Positions 1 to 8,200 of a stretch of 18,834 nt of DNA are shown here, one piece after another. The stretch covers positions 36,331-55,164 of the forward strand of contig JBBDRO010000017.1 in the NCBI GenBank assembly GCA_040905425.1, in the 5' to 3' direction. The position numbers and the translations under genes are program-made. A model generated the notes under the pieces. It was not told where the DNA came from and searched no databases. It worked only from the letters and a program-made list of their open reading frames with translations. How positions within the stretch are numbered: position 1 is the first letter of the stretch; every line of letters starts with the position of its first letter. This DNA comes from Gemmatimonadota bacterium. GTDB lineage: Bacteria > Gemmatimonadota > Gemmatimonadetes > Longimicrobiales > RSA9.

Positions 1-179
1 CGCTTGCCGTCGGCCGGCATGAACGGATCACGCGGGCGCCCCTCGGCGCCCCAGGGCACCGTCCATTCCTTGATGACGGGTTCCGGATCGGCGGGCGGCG
101 CCATCATCTGGGCCGCCAGGGGAGCGGCGGCCGTCAGGGCCAGGGCCATGCCCGTCAGGGTGAGGGCGGTGCGGCGCAT
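1..179 (-). CDS. N-terminal part (runs off the window edge) of a secreted Vgb/streptogramin-lyase-like beta-propeller protein
   Basis: Not in the ORF track. Manual translation from ATG at 179: MRRTALTLTGMALALTAAAPLAAQ-MMAPPADPEPVIKEWTVPWGAEGRPRDPFMPADGK... GGAGG RBS just upstream; Sec-type signal peptide; IKEWxVP...RPRDP..DG resembles the first blade of Vgb-family proteins (family call from recall). Confidence 0.65.
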   Translation of the reverse strand, partial: MRRTALTLTGMALALTAAAPLAAQMMAPPADPEPVIKEWTVPWGAEGRPRDPFMPADGK

Positions 180-461
180 TGGGACCTCCCGGGAGGGTAG
201 GAGTGCCGAGCGAAGGACTTCCATGGGTGTGACGCATGCCGGCGGTGACGTGTTGGAAGCGCCCCCACGAAAGTCGTGGACTGTAGGGGAATCTACCACC
301 CGGCCGCGCGATCCGCTCACCACAGATTTTCCGCCATCCCCCGACAGATCGCAGCGGCTCGCGCGCCTACCTTCTGGACCAGTAATCGGCGGCGGCCTCT
401 CCCAGCGCGGAGACCGACCGACCCGAAAGGCCGACCCCGACGCAACGGCCTGTGCACGGCG

Positions 462-487
462 CCCGCCGGCACGCTCGGGCTGGCGGG
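462..487 (+). other. GC-rich hairpin in the korA leader / divergent intergenic region
   Basis: CCCGCCGGC (462-470), 8-nt loop, GCTGGCGGG (479-487): 9-bp stem with one G-U pair, ~70 nt upstream of the korA start; no U-tract; function unknown. Confidence 0.3.
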
Positions 488-559
488 AGTCGATCTGGGA
501 GAGCCGCTGCATCACGAGCCACCCCGATAACTACCGAGTCCAGGACTGAAAGGCGGATC

Positions 560-2473
560 ATGGCCACCACAGAGGCCGGTCTCCGGGAGAGCCCGGGCAC
601 AGCCATGGCGCCAGCGGCGCCCACTCCGGTCCGTGTGGACCTCCACACGGTGGAAGTGGTCTCCGACGCCGGCGAAGGTGCGCAGAAATGCGGGCAGATC
701 TTCGGCTCCGTGTCCGCCAAGATGGGCAACGGGGTGTGGACGGTGGAGATCATCCCCGCCGAGATCCAACCCCCGCCGCGCAACGCCGAGGGCGCCAGCG
801 GCAACCGCATCCGCATCGGCTCGCGGGAGGTCACCAACTGGGGTGACGAGACGGACCTCATGGTGGCGTTCAACGAACAGGTTCTGCTGGGCCGCCATCA
901 CCTGGGTGCCATCGGCCAGGACGCCATCATCCTGCTGGAGGACATGTGGGCCACCCACGCCGACGCGGACATCCGCACGGCGTGGGCCGAGGCCATGGCG
1001 GAGCTCTCCGAGGCCAGCTACCGCATCGTGCTGGTGCCCATGGAGGAGCAGTGCCTCACCGTGGTGGACAACGCCCGCAAGGGCAAGAACATGTTTGCCC
1101 TGGGCATGCTGGCGTGGATCTACGACCGGGACGTGGAGCGCATCAAGGAAGAGATTGCCTTCCAGTTCCGCAAGAAGAGCCAGGAGATCTACGACCGCAA
1201 CGTGGAGCTCCTGGAGCTGGGCTACGGGTGGGCCGCCGAGCACCTGGACTTCCGCTTCGAGGTACCCGCAACCACGGATCAGACCGCCAAGGTGGTCATG
1301 AACGGCAACCAGGCCGCGGCGCTGGGCGCGGTGGCGGCCGGGATGGAGCTGGCGGCCATGTACCCCATCACCCCCGCCACCTCCGTTTCCCACCACCTGG
1401 GTGAGGTGTTCGAGACGTATGGCGGCATCGTGCATCAGGCGGAGGATGAGATCGCTGCCGTGGGCGTGGCCATCGGCGCCTCGTGGGCCGGCAAGGTGGC
1501 GTTCACCATCACCTCGGGGCCGGGCCTGGCGCTGAAGACGGAATTCCTGGGGCTGGCCGCCATGACCGAGACGCCGCTGGTGCTGCTGGACGTGCAGCGC
1601 GGCGGCCCCAGCACCGGGCTGCCCACCAAGGTGGAGCAGTCGGACCTGCTGGCGGCCATCTACGGCCAGCCGGGGGACGCGCCCCACGTGGTCATGGCGG
1701 CGGCCACCATCGAGGAGTGCTTCCACGCCATGATCACCGCCCGGCGCATCGCGGAGACCTTCCGCATGGTGGTCATGGTGCTCACGGACGCCAATCTGGC
1801 CACCGGCGTGCAGCCCTTCGCGCGGCCCGATCCGAGCACGGCATGGCAGGGCGCGCCCATCGATCTGTCCGCCCCACCCGAGGGGCTCCGGCCGTACGAC
1901 TGGGACACCCGGACCGGGCTCTCCCGCCGCTTCGTGCCGGGGATGGTGGGCGGCGCCCACACCGCCACCGGGCTGGCGCACGACGAGCGCAGCAAGGTGG
2001 CCTACGACGCCGCCACCGTGCAGCGCAGCCACGCCATGCGCAGCCGCAAGCTGGCGGTCTTCCAGCAGACGCTCCGCCCACCGGAGCTCTACGGCCCGGC
2101 GGAGGGTGACCTCCTGGTGGTGGGCTGGGGCAGCACCAAGGGCGCCATCGAGGAGGCGGTGGATCGGGGGCGCGCCGCGGGACTCGAAGTCTCCTCACTG
2201 CACCTGACCTTCCTGTCCCCGCTGCAGCCGGGCCTGAAGGAGATCTTCCAGCGCTTCGGCAGGGTCATGACGGTGGAGATCAACTACAGCGACGAGCCGG
2301 ACGACCCCTTCATCACGCCCGAGAACCGCCGCTACGGGCAGCTGGCGCTGCTGCTGCGGGCACAGACGCTCGTGGACGTGGATTGCTGGACGCGGGTGCT
2401 GGGCGAGCCGCTCCGACCGGGCGCCATCCTGCGCGCCATGCAAGCAAAGCTGACCAGGGGAGGTGCCGCGTGA
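560..2473 (+). CDS. korA: 2-oxoacid:ferredoxin oxidoreductase alpha subunit (gamma-alpha fusion, KorA/OorA type), 637 aa
   Basis: N-terminal gamma domain (SDAGEGAQKCG, KNMFALG); motifs GNQAAALG, YPITPA, QAEDEIAA, TSGPG, QRGGPSTGLPT, GWGST. Start placed at ATG 560 after GAAAGG, not at the track's 452. Substrate specificity not determinable. Confidence 0.92.
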   Translation: MATTEAGLRESPGTAMAPAAPTPVRVDLHTVEVVSDAGEGAQKCGQIFGSVSAKMGNGVWTVEIIPAEIQPPPRNAEGASGNRIRIGSREVTNWGDETDLMVAFNEQVLLGRHHLGAIGQDAIILLEDMWATHADADIRTAWAEAMAELSEASYRIVLVPMEEQCLTVVDNARKGKNMFALGMLAWIYDRDVERIKEEIAFQFRKKSQEIYDRNVELLELGYGWAAEHLDFRFEVPATTDQTAKVVMNGNQAAALGAVAAGMELAAMYPITPATSVSHHLGEVFETYGGIVHQAEDEIAAVGVAIGASWAGKVAFTITSGPGLALKTEFLGLAAMTETPLVLLDVQRGGPSTGLPTKVEQSDLLAAIYGQPGDAPHVVMAAATIEECFHAMITARRIAETFRMVVMVLTDANLATGVQPFARPDPSTAWQGAPIDLSAPPEGLRPYDWDTRTGLSRRFVPGMVGGAHTATGLAHDERSKVAYDAATVQRSHAMRSRKLAVFQQTLRPPELYGPAEGDLLVVGWGSTKGAIEEAVDRGRAAGLEVSSLHLTFLSPLQPGLKEIFQRFGRVMTVEINYSDEPDDPFITPENRRYGQLALLLRAQTLVDVDCWTRVLGEPLRPGAILRAMQAKLTRGGAA

Positions 2474-3414
2474 GCTGCTCACTGCTGGGCTGCGCCGTGG
2501 ATGACGACCGCGTCTTCGAGATGGACGACTACGAGGGCGCCATGGCCCGCTGGTGCCCGGGTTGCGGGGACCACTCCGTGCTCACGGCGGTGGAGAAGCT
2601 GCTCACCGCCGAACAGCTGCGGCCGGAGAACACGGTCTTCGTGTCGGGGATCGGCTGCTCGAGCCGCTTCCCGCACTATCTGAAGACCTTCGGTTTCCAC
2701 GGCCTGCACGGGCGCGCGCTGCCGGTGGCCACGGGCGTGAAGCTGAACCGGCCCGAACTGGACGTCTTCGTGGTCATGGGAGACGGGGACTGCACCTCCA
2801 TCGGCGCGGGCCACTGGCTGCACGCGGTGCGCTACAACATGAACCTCACCGCGCTGATGCTGGACAACAACATCTACGGGCTGACGAAGATGCAGACGTC
2901 ACCCACCACGCCGCAGGGCTTCAAGAGCAACACGCAGCCCACGGGCAGCTACCTGCCGGCGCTGAATCCCATCGAGGCCACGCTGGGCATCACCAACGCC
3001 TCCTTCGTGGCGCAGACGGCGGAGTGGATCCCCGCCCATCTCTACGCCACCATCGAGGCCGCCTATCGCCACAAGGGCTTTGCCTTCGTGCGCATCCTCC
3101 AGCGCTGCCCGGTCTTCACGCCGCTCATCTACGCCGAGGCGGTGCGGCGGCCGGACGTGGTGGAGTTGATGGTCCATGAGGACGGCGTGCAGGTCCCCTC
3201 GCTCGAGGCCACGTACAAGAACCGGATCGCGCATGACCCCCTCGACCTGGACGGGGCGCGGCGGCTGGCCGAGACGTCGGACCGCATCCGCCTGGGCGTG
3301 TTCTTCCGGGACGAGTCCCGGCCCCGCTACGAGGAACTGCGGCGCGTGGCCAGCAGGAGTGCGGAGGAAAAGGTGACGCTGCTCAACCAGGAGCTGGATC
3401 GCTATGCCGTCTGA
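2470..3414 (+). CDS. korB: 2-oxoacid:ferredoxin oxidoreductase beta (TPP-binding) subunit, 314 aa
   Basis: WCPGCGD, SGIGCSSR, HGR, GDGD...DNNIYG TPP/Mg motif, ILQRCP. GTG start overlaps the korA stop (GTGA 2470-2473), with a GGAGGT RBS upstream. Confidence 0.92.
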   Translation: MSCSLLGCAVDDDRVFEMDDYEGAMARWCPGCGDHSVLTAVEKLLTAEQLRPENTVFVSGIGCSSRFPHYLKTFGFHGLHGRALPVATGVKLNRPELDVFVVMGDGDCTSIGAGHWLHAVRYNMNLTALMLDNNIYGLTKMQTSPTTPQGFKSNTQPTGSYLPALNPIEATLGITNASFVAQTAEWIPAHLYATIEAAYRHKGFAFVRILQRCPVFTPLIYAEAVRRPDVVELMVHEDGVQVPSLEATYKNRIAHDPLDLDGARRLAETSDRIRLGVFFRDESRPRYEELRRVASRSAEEKVTLLNQELDRYAV

Positions 3415-4393
3415 GGATCGGACCACCCGGGCCCTGGCGGCGCTGGCCGCCCCGAGGGAGAGCTTTCACGCGGCGGTGGCCGCGGCCGTGGACCAGGTAC
3501 GCGCCCTGGTGGATGCGAACCGCGCGCCCGCGGCCGGTCCCGCCGCCCGTGCCGCGGACGGCCTGGGTGCCTTCGCGGCGGGCCGCATCGACGCCGAGCG
3601 CTTTGCCGGCCTCTTTGCCGGTGAGCGCGTGCTGGATGATCGCGCGCTGGACGGGATGGAGGCCGCGCTCGCGGTGCTCACCGAAACGGCGGCGGCCGCC
3701 GATGACGCCTATCGGGTGGACGTGCCCTCAGGCGGGTCGCTGGGGGTGGAGGTGGACCGGGTGCTGGCCCACCTGGGGCGCGCCTTTGCGGCGGCCCGGG
3801 CCGTGGAGAGGGCGCGCACGGGCGGAGCGGCCGGGGAGGATCCGGCGGCACCCTGGCCCTTTGCCCGCTGGAACCGGGCAGAGCGGGCCATCGCGCCGCC
3901 GCTCGTGGTGGAGGTGGACGGCGCCGACCTGGCCGCCGGCGGCCTGGCCGCCTTCCTGGACGGTGGGCAGAAGCTGGTCCTGGTGGTGCGCGGCCCGGCG
4001 GCGCCCGCCCCGCTCGTGGGCATGATCACGCCGGGCACGCTCGTACTGCAGGCCACCAGCCCGGCGGCGCTCGGCCAGCTGGACGGCTGGGACGGCCCGG
4101 CCGTGGCGGCGCTGCTGCCCGCGGGCGCGGCCGAGTTCGCGCACCGGCCGCTGGCGGGCCAGACGCTGCGGGAGCGGCTGGCGGTCACGGCACTGCCCGA
4201 CGCGGCGCCGGTGCGCTGGCTGGGCGGGCGCTCGCCCTGGCAGCAGGGTCAGGAGTTGGCGCAGCTGCGCTCGCTCGCGGCGGAAGGGGTAGCCCCGCAG
4301 CAAGCGCCCGCCGAGCCCGATCAGGATGTGCAGCCCACCGATCGGCTGGCCGCCTGGCTCCTGCGGCAGACCCATCTCCCCGACGTGGCGTAG
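3404..4393 (+). CDS. Hypothetical 329-aa protein; degenerate, Cys-free paralog of the C-terminal TPP-binding half of the adjacent PFOR
   Basis: Overlaps korB by 11 nt and ends 12 nt before rnfB; AGGAG upstream. Collinear by-eye similarity to the PFOR, e.g. AFAAARAVERARTGG vs AFVAVRRAELILDGG, ERAIAPPLVVEVDG vs EFQLCPPIMAIGGDG, QLRSLA vs QLRELA. Confidence 0.8.
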   Translation: MPSEDRTTRALAALAAPRESFHAAVAAAVDQVRALVDANRAPAAGPAARAADGLGAFAAGRIDAERFAGLFAGERVLDDRALDGMEAALAVLTETAAAADDAYRVDVPSGGSLGVEVDRVLAHLGRAFAAARAVERARTGGAAGEDPAAPWPFARWNRAERAIAPPLVVEVDGADLAAGGLAAFLDGGQKLVLVVRGPAAPAPLVGMITPGTLVLQATSPAALGQLDGWDGPAVAALLPAGAAEFAHRPLAGQTLRERLAVTALPDAAPVRWLGGRSPWQQGQELAQLRSLAAEGVAPQQAPAEPDQDVQPTDRLAAWLLRQTHLPDVA

Positions 4394-4405
4394 GACGGGG
4401 GCGCC

Positions 4406-5260
4406 GTGCAACCGCTGCTGATCCTAAGTTCCGCCGCCATCCTGGGCGGTGTGGGGCTCACCTTTGGTGTGCTCATCGCCGCGGCCAACCGCAAGCTGCG
4501 CGTATGGGAGGATCCCCGCATCGACGCCGTCAATGACATGCTCCCCGGCGCCAACTGTGGCGCCTGCGGCTTTGCCGGCTGCCGGGCCTTCGCGGAGGCC
4601 ACGATCACCGGCCAGGTGGCGCCCGCCGTGTGCACCGTCATGGGTCCGGATGAGCGCCAGGACGTGGCCGCCTTCCTGGGCGTGGACGCGGGGCAGGCCA
4701 ACAAGCGAGTGGCGCGGCTGCTGTGCGCCGGCGGCAGTGACGTGGCGGTCCAGAAGGCCACCTACCGCGGGCTGGCCAGCTGCGCCGCCGCCGTGGCGGT
4801 GAGCGGGGGTGGGAAGGGATGCGCGTGGGGTTGCGTGGGCCTGGCCGACTGCGCCGTGGTCTGTGACTTCGACGCCATCACCATGAACGAGCACGACCTA
4901 CCGGTCGTGGATCCCGAGAAGTGCACGGCGTGCAACGACTGCGTGGAGGCCTGCCCGCTGGGCCTCTTCACGCTCATGCCCATGGATCAACACCTCCTCG
5001 TGCAGTGCCGCAACCTGCTGCACGGTGAGGACGCCACGGACGTCTGTGCCGTGGCCTGCAATGCCTGCGGACGCTGTGTACAGGACGCGGCGCCCGGCCT
5101 CATCGAGATGCGGACCAACCTGGCCGTGATCGACTACTCGAAGATCGAACTGGAGAACGCCGCCGCCATCGCGCGCTGCCCCACCGGTGCCATCACCTGG
5201 CTCGACGGGATGCAGTTCGCGGAGGAACCGGCCGCCCCAGCCGGGAGTGAAGCGCGATGA
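4406..5260 (+). CDS. rnfB: Rnf/Rsx electron transport complex subunit B (membrane-anchored polyferredoxin), 284 aa
   Basis: N-terminal TM helix; EDPRI...LPGANCGACGFAGC FeS domain; CAWGCVGLADCAVVCDFDAI, KCTACNDCVEACP, CNACGRC...CPTGAI; GTG start. Confidence 0.93.
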   Translation: MQPLLILSSAAILGGVGLTFGVLIAAANRKLRVWEDPRIDAVNDMLPGANCGACGFAGCRAFAEATITGQVAPAVCTVMGPDERQDVAAFLGVDAGQANKRVARLLCAGGSDVAVQKATYRGLASCAAAVAVSGGGKGCAWGCVGLADCAVVCDFDAITMNEHDLPVVDPEKCTACNDCVEACPLGLFTLMPMDQHLLVQCRNLLHGEDATDVCAVACNACGRCVQDAAPGLIEMRTNLAVIDYSKIELENAAAIARCPTGAITWLDGMQFAEEPAAPAGSEAR

Positions 5261-8200
5261 TCATGAAGCGGAAGTCCAACGCCCCCGAGTCCGGCCCTCG
5301 GTACCCCGGGGTCCCCGAAGCCACCGATGGCAGCGGCGCCGTAGTATACGTGGAGACGGCCGCCAGCGAGGCGGCGGGCGCGTATCCCATCACGCCGTCC
5401 ACCCAGATGGGTGAGGGGTGGGCGCTGGCCGTGGCGGCCGGCCACGAGAACGTGCACGGCCGGCGCCTGCTCTTCTTCGAGCCGGAGGGTGAGCACGCCG
5501 CGGCCGCGGTCACGGCGGGCATGAGCATGACCGGGCTCCGGGCCACGAACTTCTCCAGTGGCCAGGGCATAGCCTACATGCACGAGTCGCTCTACGCGGC
5601 GGTGGGCAAGCGCCTGACCTACGTGCTGAACGTGGCGGCGCGCGCCATGACCAAGCACGCGCTGAACGTGCACGCCGGCCACGATGACTACCACGCCGTG
5701 GATGACACCGGCTTCCTGCAGTTCTTTGCCAAGGACGTCCAGGAGACCGCCGATCTGACGCTCATCGCGCACCGCGCGGCGGAGCTCTCGCTGACGCCGG
5801 CGCTGGTGGCGCAGGACGGCTTCCTCACCAGCCACGTCATCGAGTCCATCAAGCTGCCGGAGCGGGAGCTCATCGCCGAGTACCTGGGTGATCCCGCGGA
5901 CATGATCGAGTGCCCCACGCCGGCGCAGCGGCTGACCTTCGGGCCCACGCGGCGGCGCATTCCCGAGATGTTCGACGTGGACTACCCGACCATGCTGGGG
6001 CCCGTGCAGAACCAGGACGCCTACGCCCAGGGCGTGGCCGCCCAGCGCCCCTTCTACTTCGATCACGCCCGCGCGTTGATCGACCGGTCCTTCGAGGAGT
6101 ACGCCGCGCTCACGGGCCGCCGCTACGAGCGGGTCATGGGCTACCGGCTGGAGGATGCTGAGTACGTCATCGCGGGGCAGGGCTCCGTGGTGCCGAACGC
6201 CGAGGCCGTGGTGGATTTCATGCGCGCGCAGGGCGTCAAGGTGGGCGTGCTGAACCTGACGCTCTTCCGGCCTTTCCCGGCCGACCTGGTCACGCAGCTG
6301 CTGCGCGGCAAGCAGGCCGTGGCCGTGCTGGAGCGCGTGGACCAGCCGCTGGCCGTGGACCCGCCGCTGCTGCGGGAGATCCGGGCCGCCTTCGGCCAGG
6401 CGCAGGAGAATGGCCGGGCCGAGGCCGTCAACGTCCGCAAGGGCCGCGGGGTGCCGGCCCTGGCCAAGCCGCACGCCGACCTGGCCTCGGTGCGCGCGGA
6501 CGAGCTGCCGGACTTCTACTCGGGCGGCTTCGGCTTTGGCAGCCGCGATCTGCAGCCGGGCGATATCGTGGCCGCGGTGCGGAACATGATGCCGGAGGGT
6601 GCGGGGCGTCGTCGCTTCTACCTGGGGCTGGACTTCATCCGCAAGGATACGAAGCTGCCCAAGCTGCAGGTCTGGCAGGAGGAGCTGCTGGAGAACTACC
6701 CGCACCTGGCCCACCTCTCCCTGGAGGCGGTGGAGGGCGTGGATCTGAGCGGCGAGGGATCGGTGGCGCTGCGCATCCACTCGGTGGGCGGGTGGGGCGC
6801 CATCACCACCGGCAAGAACGTGGCGCTCACCGCCTTCGAACTGGCGGGGCTGCACATCAAGGCCAATCCCAAGTACGGGTCCGAGAAAAAGGGGCAGCCC
6901 ACCACCTTCTACGCCACGCTCTCCCGCGAGCCGATCCGGGTGAACGCGGAGCTGAAGAACGTCAACGTGGTGCTCTCGCCCGATCCCAACGTCTTCCGCC
7001 ACTCCAACCCGCTCGCGGGGCTGGGGCAGGACGGCGTGTTCGTCATCCAGAGTGATCTCGAGCCGGCGGCCCTCTGGGCCGTGCTCTCGGAGGACGCCCG
7101 CCGCACGGTGCGGGAGAAGAACATCCAGGTCTACGTGCTGGACGGCTTCAGCATTGCCAACGAGGAGGCCAGCGATCCGGAGCTCCGCTACCGGATGCAG
7201 GGCGCTGCCTTCATGGGGGCCTTCTTCCGCACCGGACCCCTGGCCCGCAACGAGAACCTCTCCGAGGAGCGCATCTTCGAGGGCATCGAGACGCAGCTAC
7301 GCGCCAAGTTCGGCAAGCTGGGCGAGCGGGTCATCCAGGACAACGTGCGCGTCATCCGGCGGGGCTGGGACGAGGTCCTTCAGGTGGACACCAGCGTGGA
7401 GGTGGCGGTGGAGGCGGAGGTCCACGACACCATGCGGCCGATCCCCGCGCTGCTGAACCATCCCGACGCCGAGCAGGGGCTGGGCAATCCGGGCAGGTTC
7501 TTCGAGCAGGTGTGCGCCGTCTGCGCCGTGGGCCAGGACGTCATCGCGGATCCGTTCACCGCCGTGAGCGCCATGCCCGCCGCCAGCAGCAGCGTGCGGG
7601 ACATGACGGACATCCGCTTCGAGGTGCCCGACTTCATTGCGGAGAAGTGCACGGGCTGCAGCCAGTGCTGGGTGCAGTGCCCCGACGCGGCCATCCCGGG
7701 ACTGGTCACGCCCGTGGAGGACCTCATCGACCGGGCCATCGACCACGCCGCCAACGGCCGCGCACTGGAGCGAGTACGGCAGATCTCCAAGCACCTTGCC
7801 AAGGAGTCAAGGAAGGTGATGGAGGCGGTGCCGTTCCACGACTTCGGCCAGGTGGTCTCCGCCGCCTACCACAACGTGGCGGACAAGCTGGGCTGGGAGC
7901 CGGAGCGGCGCGCCGAGCTGGACGAACAGTTCGCGGCCGTGCACTCCGTGCTTGCCGAGTTCCCGCTGGCCCGGACCGCGCCCTTCTATGACGTGCACGA
8001 GGGCAAGGCCAAGGGGACCGGAGGCCTCCTCTCCATCACCATCAATCCCGAGGCGTGCAAGGGCTGCAACATCTGCGTGGAGGTGTGCCCCGAGAACGCC
8101 CTGATCACCATCAAGCAGGACGAGGAGGTGGTGGAGCGGCTGCGCCGCAACTGGAACTTCTGGGAGGCGCTGCCCGACACGTCGGACCGCTACGTCAACG

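Noticed and set aside
410..490. Resemblance to a c-di-GMP-I riboswitch (CCGAAAGG...GACGCAA..GCC)
   Set aside because: The GAAA loop closes only a 2-bp stem and the upstream GCAAA and P1/P3 pairings are not evident; an Rfam cmscan would be decisive.
4..549. 181-aa + strand ORF, and the 452 upstream extension of korA
   Set aside because: Low-complexity translation overlapping the better-supported minus-strand gene; korA has an RBS-supported ATG at 560.
7513..7524. Extra CAVC in PFOR before the ferredoxin domain
   Set aside because: Isolated CxxC with no evident partner ligands; cannot support a metal site without conservation data.
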